This document shows positions 1 through 13,901 of a stretch of DNA of 64,000 nt, one piece after another (position 1 is the first letter of the stretch; each line of letters opens with the position of its first letter). The position numbers were made by a program, and so were the translations under genes. The notes below the pieces were generated by a model. It was not told the origin of the DNA and made no database searches. It saw only the letters and a list, made by a program, of their open reading frames with translations. This DNA comes from Antedon mediterranea. Lineage: Eukaryota > Animalia > Echinodermata. The stretch is from assembly GCF_964355755.1 (NCBI RefSeq), contig NC_092675.1, positions 31,220,912 to 31,284,911 on the forward strand, written 5' to 3'.

Positions 1-402
1 ATGTTTTAGTTTAGTAGTTTAGTAATAGTATCATTATGTTGTTATTCTATTTTTTATAATTTGTTATTTTTTAATTTATGAATAACATTTTATTCTTTCT
101 CTTGTTTTGTATTTGAGCTTAACTTACTTACAAACAACATATGGTTGAATTAAGTTTCTGTGAATGAATAAACTTATTTCTAGTATTATTTGAATAAACA
201 CTGCCGGAGGACAATGTTTGATATTTGTTGTAACTTCCCAAAGCCATTGTTCATATTTAAAAAAGAAACCAACTGCTTAGGGGGAAATTCAATCAAATCA
301 AATATTTTCAAATTATATGTAAACAAAATTCAAAAAATGTTATGTGATTACAAAATATTTAACTTTGAAAGTAATCTTTTTTATCTTTGTTGTGCGTTGC
401 AG

Positions 403-3400
403 GGATTAGCTTACATCCATGGAGGTCGGGTTGGAATATTTCAGGGAAATCCCAAACTTCTAACTGATGACATACAAGCTCTAAAACCAGCTAGTTTTCC
501 ATCGGTACCTCGAGTTCTCAATAGGATTTATGATAAGGTATAGCACAGGATTAACAAATAGTAATTGTTCATCTTCAAGAGAAGATCACTCAAGTTTCCT
601 AAAATTTTGTTTTCAAATTTTGTGTTTATGTTTTTCGCTAAAATTGTTCTCTCCCAGTAACTCTATTTAAAGAAAATTCATAAAACTTTGTTTTTTTAAA
701 TTTTGTATTTATGTTTTTAGCTAAGTAACTCTATTTAAAGAAAGATTGAAACTTTTTTCATTTTTTTAGCTTATTTTATTTGTATCTCGATTGAAATCCA
801 CCCACTAACTTGGATTTATATACACACCTATATACATTACTCATTAAAAATAACATACTGTATTGATGTGTTTAAATAGGAATTGATTAAACCCAGTATT
901 ATGAGTGGTTTTTCTGATTCAGGTGTCAATGAGGCATTAACTGCAATAATGATTTTGTTTAGGTGATGGGGCAAGTTAATTCTGCTTCATGGTTAAAAAA
1001 GAAAATGTTTTATATGGCATTGAATTCCAAGAGGAAGGCACTTGAAAGGTAAAACTTTGATACAAATAATGATTGTTCACTCAATTCAAAATTCATTTAT
1101 TTGAAACTTAATTTATTTAGGCCAAGGATAACTTAAAAATAATATTAAATAGTTTGCTACTATCAATTCAGTATGTCTGATCAACTTTTGAAATCTAAAA
1201 TTTAGGGGAGAAATCTGCTTTGACACAATTTGGGATAAACTGGTGTTCAAGAAAATTCAGGTAAACTTTTGAATTGTTTGTTTGTTAACATTCAGAGATG
1301 ATGGCAGACTTGAATTACCCAAAGATTTCACAAAATAAATGAATATTATAACTCTTTGTTGTTTTTTGTTTGTAGTTAATGTTAGGTGGGCAACTTAGAA
1401 TGATGATAGCTGCAGCTGCTCCTTTATCTCCTGAAAAAATGCTCTTCTTCAGGTCAGCAATGGGATGCTGGGTAAGGTCACAATTAACTTTACTTTAAGT
1501 AATGTCAACAAAGTAATGCAGTGGCATCGGTCGTTGATATGTTACCAATCTCAAATTCTGGGTTAAAATCTTGTCAGACATGGTTCCAGTATTTCTTGCC
1601 AGTACAGTGTCACTACTGTATGTAAGCCTCATGAGGTACTTGGTTTAGAAAACATTGGATTCCCATTCTTCAAGTTTTGTGCTTGCTGCTGGATGGTGTG
1701 TGAAACAAATAATGGTTTATATAGTCATTGTTTGAATTGACTGAGTCATGATGGAATGGCATGATTTTTTTAGCTATATTTGAGCTACAGAATCTACTGT
1801 TGTTTTTACATTTACCTACTAGATGTAAAGATTGATTTGAATTGATTTGTTATCATAGGTATTTGAAGGCTATGGTCAGACAGAATGCACAGCTGCATGT
1901 ACATTCACCTATCCAGGAGATGTATCTTTTGGACATGTTGGAAGTGTAATTCCATGTTGTATGATTAAGTTGGTTGATGTACCTGAAATGGAATACTTTG
2001 CAAGTGATGATAAAGGAGAAGTAAGTACGCCATACCAGTCCTAAATTATTAACACCTTTGGTTTGATTTTTACAATTTCAAAGACAATAATTTAGGTTTT
2101 AATTAATAGAAATTATTCAATTCAGGTTTGTGTAAAAGGGCCAATTCTTAGCAAAGGTTATCTGAAAAATGAAGAGAAAACTAAAGACACATTTGATGAA
2201 AATGGATGGCTTCACACTGGAGATATTGGGGAGTGGTTACCAGTAAGTATGTTTTATGGCAGGTATTATACACAAAGTGTAAATATTACTATTAGGAATA
2301 TCAAACACTGAATTGAATAACGTCCACACCTGTTGTTTGAAGATGAACTCCGTACTGATTGAGTACTCTAACATTATTATATTAGAAATGTATCTAATGG
2401 ATTTGTTTTAGACTGGACAGCTAAAGATTGTTGATCGTAAGAAACACATCTTCAAGTTATCACAAGGAGAATATGTTGCACCAGAAAAGATTGAGAATGT
2501 GTACATCAAGTCGCTGTACGTTGCTCAGGCATTCGTCTTTGGGTATAGCCTTAAGGTACAGTTGTCTGATTCATGTTGTTTGAATTTAAATGTAATTAAT
2601 CCTTCACAATTTAACTGTAAGATTACAGGGGAGTGGTAACATATAATATAATATTAATAGTTAAAAATGTATAAATCATATAGTATAATAGTAGTTTATA
2701 ATTTCATATTTGCTGTCAAGGGAATCCTCCCCTGCTTGCATTCAAACCAGTGTCTAAATTCATCCCTTTTACATAGAATAACCCTGTTTTATCTTTTTTG
2801 ATGTAAATGTGTAAGTGCTATTTTTTTTAATGTATTGAAACGTGATGATTCATGCTTTTTTATGTCATTTTGAATAAATACCAATGTATAAAAACAGCCG
2901 GTAGAATTTTAAAATAACTAGAGTGAATCATTCCTTCATCTGTTGGTTTTATTTTCCCCAATAGCCAACAAGTCACTCCACTTCTGTTAGGCAATGAAAA
3001 AAGCATGTACAGTATTTTGTATAGAAATTAGAATACTGTACTATTTATTATTTATTCATTATAGTCGAACCTTGTAGGGATTGTCATTCCTGATGAAGAA
3101 GAGTTGATGAAGTACGCAAAATCTAAATCTTTAGACATGACATTCCAAGAATTATGCAAACACAAGGTTAGTAAATTATAAATCTTTAAATAAATTATCG
3201 AATTGCTCATGTATTTTGAAATTATTTTATCATTGAAAACCTGACAGTGTTTTCTATAGTAACATATTGTAATGCATTTATTAGTTTAAATGTTCTAGTT
3301 GTGTCATAGTTTAATACAAATGTTCTAGTTGTGCCATAGTTTTGTTAAATGGTAGCAATCCTGTTTTTGTAGACAATTTATGACAAACTTTTTGAAGACA

Positions 3401-3986
3401 TGGTCAAGGTAGCAAAAGAATGTAATTTAAAAGGCTTTGAACAGGTAACACACATTTTTCTTCACATTTATTATTCTTTAAACCAAAAGATATATCTGGT
3501 TTACTGTTGGAATATAATGGCTGATCTCTCAGTGATAGTTGTTATAAAATAAAAAGCAGTATCATAAATGTCAACTTCAATGAGTGCAGATTTATTTTTA
3601 TTTGCATTCAAAACGAACAAAATAGATTTTAAAGTGAGAAAATACATGATTAAAAAGTTGCATACAAAAGATTACAAATATATTATGGTCAAGCGATATA
3701 TAAAATACAATAAAACTATTTGTAATATTTCAAAGTTTGTAATTTTCTCTAAAAATAAAATTGTATTGTATTCATCACCTACAAATTGTATTGTATTCAT
3801 CACCTACAAATGGCATTTGTGTAACATTATATTTTGTACTCATAGGTGAAGAAGATTCATGTTTCAAGCGAGTTATTCAGCGTTGAAAATAACTTGTTGA
3901 CGCCAACATTTAAAGCACGTCGAAAGCAAATTGAAAATACCTACAAAACTGAAATAGATGCTATGTATGAGCAGGTAGAGCCATAA
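403..3986 (+). CDS. ACSL: Long-chain fatty-acid-CoA ligase (ACSL1/5/6-like), copy 1; 3' portion only, gene starts upstream of window. Exons ~403-537, 963-1048, 1206-1260, 1376-1471, 1859-2020, 2126-2242, 2412-2555, 3065-3166, 3373-3444, 3846-3986
   Basis: GT-AG bounded exons splice in frame to give ACSL motifs: [93 protein letters not shown]; stop TAA at 3984-3986. Confidence 0.93.
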
Positions 3987-4153
3987 AAACCTTTGTATTT
4001 TATTATAGTAGATTGGTATCTTGATGACCTTTGTGTATATTCTCTCTTAAGTCACTTGTAACTTCCACTAATCATGAAAATGAGAACAAAGTTGTGTACA
4101 GGACCAGATTAAATTTCCAAATATTATGTGGATATTTAGGTAAATAATAAATA

Positions 4154-4290
4154 CAGTAGACTCTCTCAATACCAGACGGTTATCAAGGCCCAAAAGGTCC
4201 CAAATTCATTACCATTAAAAACACTTTCCAGAAAACCACACATATTTGGTTATCCCAACGGTGTCCGGTATTGACTGTGAGAGTTGACTG
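4154..4290. mobile_element. Tc1/mariner (pogo/Tigger-like) MITE
   Basis: TA-flanked inverted termini CAGTAGACTCTC...GAGAGTTGACTG; related copies at 31894-32087 and ~47133-47372. Confidence 0.6.
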
Positions 4291-5970
4291 TATTCCATTC
4301 ATGTGTGTAAATGGTCTCATTCACATTTTATAGAATATTTATGAATGTCATGAAATTTATTTTGACCAAAATCATGCCTTTATAAAAATATAAATATATA
4401 TGATATATATTTTCAGTATCAAAAATTAAGCAACAGTTATGATGCATCTCAGTACTAGTTATTTGGCATATTTTACCTTGCCATAGTTGGTAAGAATGTC
4501 AACATAACATATATCCTATGTATTGCATAATATATATAGTCACTGTTCGACAACCTGCCTATGGATAATAAATACCAGGAAAGAGTGACACTCTTTCTTG
4601 ATAATACTTTAGGGTGATATTGACCAGATTGGAAGGGTGGCAAATTCAACTTTACTGAAGGTGATGGGTCAAACAATTATATGTATATACCGTCCACATT
4701 CTTAGAGTGTTACAATCTACTCAGAATTTTTTTTTTAAATCATAGTTGTAGATCTTGCAAAACAACAAGGGGATAAATTTATTTTTTTTTAAACTAAAGA
4801 AAAGCTAAATCTTTTTATATACTATTTTTATAAACTATTGATACTAAGTTTATTTTGTATAAATATACTTATTAAACAACCATGTACTGCCATGTACAGT
4901 ATGGTACTTATTAAACAACCATGTACTGCCATGTACAGTATTGTACTTTATACTATAGAAACCGTAGAGTAAACAAACTGTTCTTGGTAGAATTATTATT
5001 TGTCTTTATGTATTTTGATTTACGTATTAAAAACGATTAACAATAATACCATATTTGGTATGTGCATTATCGTCATCGATTAACATTGATACCATATTTG
5101 GTATGTGCATTATCGATAAATTATATTTTAAATGTGTATTGTAAATATTTAACTATATCAAACGCACAACTATACAATAACTCAGGGTGTTGGTTTTCTG
5201 ACCAGGACTCTAGGTCAGCTGGTCAATTTAAAAAAAACCGCACAATTTTAAATAATTGTTTTATGAACTGAAACAGAGGTATATAAAATAAGCAACAGTA
5301 CTTTATTTGTTAAATGATATTCTAACCAAGTGCCTTAATCACAACATTATATAAACTATTATTTTTGTTTGCATGTTACTTATGTTGTACGTTATCAGTA
5401 AAGGTATAGATTAGATTAGAGAACCGAAAATGAAATAATAAAATGTTAGATAGTCGAAGAGTGACGTGAACAATTATTCATTTTACATTTTCTGAGCATG
5501 GTGGGATACTTCCATGGTCTAAGTTACATTCATATATACAACCTAGCAATGGTTTGACAGTAACCGCGTGACGTTTGTATGATAGTGTTTAGCGATAGTG
5601 ATAGTGTGACAGCGGATGATGAGGCGATACAAAAATACGTACATGAGTTTCATCAGAATTAGTAGTTCTTTATAGTATTATAAGGATTACTGTGACGTAG
5701 GTGATTCGTCATTGACGGTGATTGTGAAGATGATTAACTTCAACTTTATTTATCAACAGTGGCCCAGATCAACTGGTTGGGCATTGTGCATAGCGCATAC
5801 AATCATGCATTTTAACAATCTTATATTTCATATATGTATTTGATATAATAACGTAACAAACAAAAAGAGAATTGACTGCTAAAGTAAACACGATTACTAT
5901 AAAACTTCAAGAGTCGGCAGTCCCATGCATGATCTTGACTAAAATAAATGTATAACCATCAACACTATTT

Positions 5971-6515
5971 TTACTCGGGGTACCCGAGTCTAGGACTTAT
6001 TCATTTTCTCCTCTTCTTCCATCTGGACACTATTGAGTAAAAAGTGCGATTTTTAAAGTACTACTCCTCCCTTATTAGTTGTAGTATTGAGCTGGGATTT
6101 GGCATGAATATACTACAGGGACATGTCCTAAAATCTATAGAGCCGGATTTTTAAATTTCAAACCGGATGCAGCCATATGACGTCTCGAAGATGGTACCAT
6201 ATAGCCGTATTTGGTAGGTTATTGATGTGTATGTGACGTCACATCCCGTCTTATGACGTCATTACAGCTTCATTTGCTGTAGTTATATGCGGCTTCTTGG
6301 CGTAATGGTTATCACGTTTGCTTAACACGCAGAAGGTACCTGGTTCGAGCCCGGGCGAAACCTTTTTTTTTTCATTTTATGGTGAAAAGTACTGTAGGCC
6401 TATACGCAATATGATAATTATACACAGTATATCTTATTTTTATTATTTTTTTAAATAACTATTTTGTGTAATCGGTAATTATCACTTTTACACATGTTTC
6501 TTCTGCTTTGTGCTT
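5971..6515 (+). mobile_element. 5' part of a Helentron/DINE-like non-autonomous element (family A), interrupted by the nested element at 6516
   Basis: Starts with palindromic ACTCGGGGTACCCGAGT; 5971-6281 is highly similar to the complete copy at 11069-11418. Confidence 0.5.
6291..6362 (+). pseudogene. tRNA-Val(AAC)-like sequence, probably a pseudogene or repeat-borne
   Basis: GGCTTCTTGGCGTAATGGTTATCACGTTTGCTTAACACGCAGAAGGTACCTGGTTCGAGCCCGGGCGAAACC followed by a T-run; A and B boxes present, anticodon AAC, two mismatches in the acceptor stem; truncated sibling at ~10986-11031. Confidence 0.6.
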
Positions 6516-6684
6516 ATTAGGTTATATGCATGATATGCATATAACCTCTTGATTCTGTCAGAATCTTTATTTATTTATTTATTAGGTTATATGCATGATA
6601 TGCATATAACCTCTTGATTCTGTCAGAATCTTTATTAGGTTATATGCATGATATGCATATAACCTCTTGATTCTGTCAGAATCT

Positions 6685-6735
<51 letters not shown>

Positions 6736-9700
6736 TTCTTTCCTTAGCACTATTTGTCCGTCAATTATCTTGGCATCGGTTTTATCTATCTAAGTCAATT
6801 TTTCAGAGTATATTCCTTATGGCCAGGAATCGATGTGGTTATGTTTTCACGGTGCGCAATCAAAAATTACGCGGTCTACGCGCGATTTAACGAAATCACG
6901 TTTGTAATCATATCTTCACAAACATGAATCACTTTTAAACAAAATTTGGTACTCATAAATTTCAGGTCATATTTCATCATATGGCAATACAATTACGTGC
7001 GTAGCGCATATAACGCATGCGTACGCGCGCTTAAAATGTTGAAAATTGTCAGAATTTATTTTCGATGAAATTAGAGTACGTTTCAGGCAATTTTAAGCGT
7101 TTAAAAAATTGCCATGAGTGCGCAGATTTTTGCACGCGCACTGCGCGTCAAACGTTAATGCGCACTGTTTGTGTCTGATTACTGTTGTATAACCTTTCTT
7201 TAATAATATCATCATATTTTATTCACTTTTCAACGCGAAACAGCGTTATACGAGCACGTCAAAAGTGACGGGCTACGCACGTGTAAGTTAACAAAATGGT
7301 GAAAATATGCTAAATTTTAAAATTAATATATATCGTTAGAATGCTCGGGAACACCTATTTTTTATTTAATTTTCTTGAAGTGTATGTATCATATGTATGA
7401 TTTATTATGAAATTAGAAGAACAAAAGTTGATTAAGTCATCATTAATGGCATATTAAATTCAACAAAATTAATTTCGACAATCAAACAAATTATAACATT
7501 TTCTTAGGCCAAAATAACAAACTTAACGTTAACTTTCTTCCTTAAGAAGTTCATATATTAAAGTTAAAAGTATATAGTTTGACAGTGCATCATTTTTTTA
7601 AATTTTTAAAGATGTCATCATAGTAAAACATTATAATTCATTGCGGTATGTAATAATCTATCTGCACCAAAGTGGTTACTGCATAGTAAATACACGGAGG
7701 AATTTTTCTCCAACTTTTAGTCAGTTGTGCATGGCTCGATGGTCTGTGCTCGTGTCAATGGCATTCAAGGTACCGAGTTTCCTTGGGAAACGAAATAAGA
7801 TTTTTTTTTTATTATCCGTATTGTTCAAATTTATTTCTTAGTGTATAGATTATACACATGATTTATAATGAAATCTAGATAAAAAGTTACTTTATGTCTT
7901 TTTTATTATGTAACAACAAATGCGGTTTATGACATTATACGCAGAGGGATCTTTGATCGGATTGTGATACCGGCTATGGTGTTCGCGTTAGCAAGGTCCT
8001 ATCATATATTATAAATAATTAAAGATTCTGAGAAAATCAATCAATCAATATATCTTTTAAAAATCAATTATCTTTATTTAAATCAATGCATATAACCTAT
8101 AATTCGTCATAGTGACGAATTAAATCTAGTTTATTTATTTATTTATTTATTTATTCTTTCCTTAGCACTATTTGTCCGTCAATTATCTTGGCATCGGTTT
8201 TATCTATCTAAGTCAATTTTTCAGAGTATATTCCTTATGGCCAGGAATCGATGTGGTTATGTTTTCACGGTGCGCAATCAAAAATTACGCGGTCTACGCG
8301 CGATTTTACGAAATCACGTTTGTAATCATATCTTCACAGACATGAATCACTTTTAAACAAAATTTGGTACTCATAAATTTCAGGTCATATTTCATCATAT
8401 GGCAATACAATTACGTGCGTAGCGCATATAACGCATGCGTACGCGCGCTTAAAATGTTGAAAATTGTCAGAATTTATTTTCGATGAAATTAGAGTACGTT
8501 TCAGGCAATTTTAAGCGTTTAAAAAATTGCCATGAGTGCGCAGATTTTTGCACGCGCACTGCGCGTCAAACGTTAATGCGCACTGTTTGTGTCTGATTAC
8601 TGTTGTATAACCTTTCTTTAATAATATCATCATATTTTATTCACTTTTCAACGCGAAACAGCGTTATACGAGCACGTCAAAAGTGACGGGCTACGCACGT
8701 GTAAGTTAACAAAATGGTGAAAATATGCTAAATTTTAAAATTAATATATATCGTTAGAATGCTCGGGAACACCTATTTTTTATTTAATTTTCTTGAAGTG
8801 TATGTATCATATGTATGATTTATTATGAAATTAGAAGAACAAAAGTTGATTAAGTCATCATTAATGGCATATTAAATTCAACAAAATTAATTTCGACAAT
8901 CAAACAAATTATAACATTTTCTTAGGCCAAAATAACAAACTTAACGTTAACTTTCTTCCTTAAGAAGTTCATATATTAAAGTTAAAAGTATATAGTTTGA
9001 CAGTGCATCATTTTTTTAAATTTTTAAAGATGTCATCATAGTAAAACATTATAATTCATTGCGGTATGTAATAATCTATCTGCACCAAAGTGGTTACTGC
9101 ATAGTAAATACACGGAGGAATTTTTCTCCAAGTTTTAGTCAGTTGTGTATGGCTCGATGGTCTGTGCTCGTGTCAATGGCATTCAAGGTACCGAGTTCGA
9201 GTCTCACCTTGGGAAACGAAATAAGATTTTTTTTTTATTATCCGTATTGTTCAAATTTATTTCTTAGTGTATAGATTATACACATGATTTATAATGAAAT
9301 CTAGATAAAAAGTTACTTTATGTCTTTTTTATTATGTAACAACAAATGCGGTTTATGACATTATACGCAGAGGGATCTTTGATCGGATTGTGATACCGGC
9401 TATGGTGTTCGCGTTAGCAAGGTCCTATCATATATTATAAATAATTAAAGATTCTGAGAAAATCAATCAATCAATATATCTTTTAAAAATCAATTATCTT
9501 TATTTAAATCAATGCATATAACCTATAATTCGTCATAGTGACGAATTAAATCTAGTTTATTTATTTATTCTTTCCTTAGCACTATTTGTCCGTCAATTAT
9601 CTTGATATCAGTTTCATCTAACTAAGTCAATTTTTCAGAGTATATTCCTTATGGCCAGGAATCGATGTGGTTATGTTTTCACGGTGCGCAATCAAACATT

Positions 9701-10918
9701 ACGCGGTCTACGCGCGATTTAACGAAATCACGTTTGTAATCATATCTTCACAAGCATGAATCACTTTTAAACAAAATTTGGTACTCATAAATTTCAGGTC
9801 ATATTTCATCATATGGCAATACAATTACGTGCGTAGCGCATATAACGCATGCGTACGCGCGCTTAAAATGTTCAAAATTGTCAGAATTTATTTTCGATGA
9901 AATTATAGTACGTTTCAGCCAATTTTAGGCGTTTAAAAATTGCCATAAGTGCGCAGATTTTTGCACGCGCACTGCGCGTCAAACGTTATTGCGCACTGTT
10001 TTTGTCCGATTACTGTTGTATAACCTTTCTTTAACAATATCATCATATTGTATTAACTTTTCAACGCCAAACAGCGTTATACGAGTACGTCAAAAGTGAC
10101 AGGCTACGCACGTGTAAGTTAACAAAATGGTGAAAATATGCTAAATTTTAAAATTAATATATATCGTTAGAATGCTCGGGAACACCGATTTTTTATTTCA
10201 TTTTCTTGAAGTGTATGTATCATATGTATGATTTATTATCAAATAAAGATAACAAAAGTTGATTAAGTCATCATTAATGGCATATTAAATTTACAAAAAT
10301 TAATTTCGACAATCAAACAAATTATACAATTTTCTTAGGCCGAAATAACAAACTTAACATTAACTTTCTTCCTTAAGAAGTTCATATATTAAAGTTAAAA
10401 GTATATAGTTTGACAGTGCATCATTTTTAAAAATCTTTAAAGATGTCATCATAGTAAAACATTATAATTCATTACGGTATGTAATAATCTATCTGCACCA
10501 AAGTGGTTACTGCATAGTAAATACACGGAGGAATATTTCCATATTTTTTAGTCAGTTGTGTATGGCTCGGTGGTCTTTGCTCGTGTCTATAGCATTTAAG
10601 GTACCGAGTTCGAGTCTCACCTTGGGAAACGAAACAAAATAAGATTTTTTTTTATTATCCGTATTGTTTGTTCAATTGTATTTCGTAGTGTATAGATTAC
10701 ACAAAATGTGGTTTATGACATTATATACGCAGAAGGATCTTTGATCGGATTATGATACCGGCTATTGTATTTGCGTTAGCAAGATCCTATCATATATTAT
10801 AAATAACTAAAGATTCTGAGAAAATCAATCAATCAAAATATCTTAAATCAATCAATTATCTTTATTTAAATCAATGCATATAACCTATAATTCGTCATAG
10901 TGACGAATTAAATCTAGT
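6516..10918 (+). mobile_element. Three nested copies of a ~1.45-kb Helentron-associated/DINE-1-like non-autonomous element (family B)
   Basis: Three 5' heads (6516, 6581, 6634: AGGTTATATGCAT-GAT-ATGCATATAACCT + (TTTA)n) followed by three bodies ending at ~8130, ~9556, ~10918 with subterminal ATGCATATAACCT, stem-loop AATTCGTCA-TAG-TGACGAATT and CTAGTT end; inserted at T-rich sites with no TSD. Confidence 0.75.
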
Positions 10919-11068
10919 TACCATATTTATTCTGTAATGTAAATGGATTAAAACACTTTGTGTAACCCAAATTTTTAGTGCAAGAGGTTTCGTAGTGTAG
11001 TGGTTGTCAAGTCTGCTTAACAACACGCAGACTGTATACGTAATATGATATAGAGTATATCTCGTTTT

Positions 11069-11418
11069 ATTACTCGGGGTACCCGAGTCTAGGACTCTCT
11101 CATCTTTTCCTCTTCTTCTACCATCCAGACACTATTGAGCAAAAAGTGCGATTTATAAAGTACTACTCCTCCCTTATTCGTTGTAGTATTGAGCTCGGAT
11201 TTAGCATGAATATACTACAGGGACATGTCCTCAAAGCTATAGAGCCGGATTTTTTAATTTCAAACCGGATGCAGCCATATCACGTCTCGAAGATGGTACC
11301 ATATAGCCGTATTTGGTAGCGCGGTTATTGATGTGTATGTGACGTTACATCCGGTCTTATGAGTACGTCATTACAGCTTCTTTCTCTGTACCCCGAGTAT
11401 TGCACATTCGTGCTTGTT
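11069..11418 (+). mobile_element. Short complete Helentron/DINE-like element (family A)
   Basis: 5' palindrome ACTCGGGGTACCCGAGT, 3' subterminal inverted copy GTACCCCGAGTA, hairpin GCAC-ATTC-GTGC, terminal TTGTT. Confidence 0.55.
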
Positions 11419-12025
11419 ATATCATATGTACATTATCATATGTACAGTATTAAAACAATTAAGTAGTTTATGTTTAAGCTTGGTTCCCACTAGGACGCAA
11501 CGCAAGGACCTAGACGCAACGCAAACGAGTTGACCAATGACAAGCGACAGACCAATAAATCCAGCTCTATACGGTATTAAACAGTTTGGAATGCCGTGCG
11601 TTGTTATGCAAATGAGTTTGTGCAGGTGTATTATGGGGAAGATGGTATGTCAGTCATTCGCGGTCAACACGCCGAACTGTTAAATTTTGATTTTGTTAAT
11701 CTTTACATTAGAAGATTGTTCAAATCATGTAAATAAAACATTTTTCGGGCGGGAACCTAGCAGCTCCTCTTAGTTTGCAAAAGTAATCTCGAAAAGAACT
11801 CTATGTTGAAAAGAAGCCCACCCAAGAGTACTAAAAAATAAAAAATAAAGGAGCACATGGGCTTCTTTTAGAGGTTTTATGGAAGTCTATTTAATGGAAA
11901 AATGAATGCCATACAACTTTGTTTCTGATTTAAAAAAAAAAGTCCATTGACATTTACATCCCTCAAAATATTTCTCTTTCAAAATAAAAGAAAAACAATA
12001 TTCATTGTTTTCCATTAAAAAAAAA

Positions 12026-12102
12026 TTCCGTAGAGATTCGAACCCATGAATCTAGAACACTGGAGAGCACTCTAACCTGAGCATTACCCGTTACGCCACA
12101 AC
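12026..12102 (-). pseudogene. Degenerate tRNA-like sequence (Pol III A/B boxes)
   Basis: Reverse strand reads TGGCGTAACGG ... GGGTTCGAATC followed by a T-run; cloverleaf imperfect. Confidence 0.4.
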
Positions 12103-12201
12103 ATGGTACATGACTGAACAACTGATAATAGTCTATTTATACGTGTATTACGTAATTCATCATTACGTCATAAATATCATATTAACCTTATTAAAACCAA
12201 A

Positions 12202-12480
12202 ATGACCAGTTAGCTCAGTCGCATGAGCGTCGTGTTGACAACACGTATGTCGTGGGTTCGATTCACACGCTGGTCGGTGGAAAAGAGTTAAAGGCATGCG
12301 GCCACTGTGTTTGGGGTTCACAGAATTATACGTCCCCCTTTCCACCACGCATCATGAGGCGACAACATCAATGCATCTGGTGATGTGCTGGAAACGACCC
12401 CAAAAGGCTGTGGCAGGGCCTTAGTGCTGAGGCAGGGAGAGCACATTTAACATCTTTTTTTTTTATTTCATTTTTTTTTC
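12202..12480 (+). mobile_element. tRNA-derived SINE candidate
   Basis: Head GACCAGTTAGCTCAGTCG...GGGTTCGATTC...CTGGTC with paired acceptor and anticodon stems (loop TTGACAA), ~170-nt GC-richer body, then poly-T. Confidence 0.45.
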
Positions 12481-13689
12481 AACATGTATGCGATCTCGTA
12501 AATTTTACGTTTGGTGCCCTCATTTTTAAAAGAAATCGAATTTTTATTTCATCGCAGGTACGAAACGGTTTGGTATGCCGTGCGTTGTTATGCAATGGTT
12601 GTGCAGGTGTAGTGAGAAAGATGGTATTGTTAGTCATTTGCGGTCAACACGTCACACTGTTCAATTTTGATTTTTTTAATCAATATTACTACATTGGTAG
12701 CGAAATGTCCGATTCATGCAAGATATTCTATTGTAATAGTGTTATGAATAAACGGTTGTGGTAGGTCTACAGGGGCGGATCCAGGATTTTGTGAAAGAGG
12801 GGGTAAAAAAAAAGTTCAATGCGAACGTACGTCCAGTGGAAGCCTAAAAAAAAGCGCAAAAATTCAATGCTTATTATAGTTCAATATTTATTTACATCAA
12901 TATGTTAAAAATAGGCAATTCAATCAGTCTTTATTTACAGACACGTATCGCTCCAAGTTGATCGTTGTAACAGTATGTCTTTTTTTCTCGGGCGATCGAT
13001 AATTACAACTGAATGAAAAAAACAGGAAATTTCGGGTGGGGGACTAAAGTTATAACTACGTTGCGTTACGTCGTTGTGTTGCGTCTATGTGTGATAGAGA
13101 GCGAATTCACCGATACCATCTCTATGCCGATACTGTTTACAGTAAGCGGACAAAAAAAAAATATTGTTACACTGAAAAAATACAAAGAAAAAAAACACCC
13201 GCCCTCATTGGAATGTTGTTTTGTTAAATAGTTCTTCGGATGAGTGAGTTTAAGGCTTTATCTAAAGTTATATGGTTTTACAATTTATCATTGTTAACCG
13301 ATTGCTAGCTTATTGTCATTCAAAATAGTATTTGATGCCTGCTACGTTGCAGAAGGGAAGGTTAAGGATGCTCGTTGTTGTCTGAATGCAATTAGCACAT
13401 TAATAATATTCCACCATGTTCGGGCTTGGTGCAGTTTTTGTGGTATTTATAACTTTTGCTCAAGGTAGGCCATGATTTACATTTATTATTTAATGAAGCA
13501 TTATATGACAATATTATGATATGATCGATTAAGGATAACATAAACATTGGTATGCCAAGTATCTGCTCAAGCAAATATGGGCGGATCCATACTGGTGGAG
13601 CGCCGCAGATCCTGGATTAGACCAGGGAGTTGTTCACTTCCCGTCAGACTGTAAGGGTTTGGCTCATCCCGGTAGTAGTAATCATTCCT

Positions 13690-13901
13690 TAAGATCTGTC
13701 TACAATGTCAAACAGCCCATAGGCCTATATTGACATAATGATGCCATATCATGGAGCTATAGCTCCATTGTCATATCATAATGATGCCATATCATGGAGC
13801 TATAGCTCCATTGTCATATCATGCTCCATTGTCATATCACTACCACATTTTTGCAGCACACGTTCTTTTTATCAAACTAGTTTGATAGTGTAGACAGAGA
13901 T
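13690..13901. mobile_element. MITE of the AGCTCTGTCTACACT family (PIF/Harbinger-like by TWA flanks)
   Basis: Termini ...TCTGTCTACAATGTCAAAC / TTTGATAGTGTAGACAGAG; internal short duplications. Confidence 0.55.

Noticed and set aside
6291-6362. Functional tRNA-Val gene
   Set aside because: Acceptor-stem mismatches and location within a repeat favour a pseudogene; cannot be fully excluded without a covariance score
7641-9274. Duplicated small ORFs MRYVIIYLHQ…
   Set aside because: Non-ATG starts inside the repeated non-autonomous element; frame differs between copies
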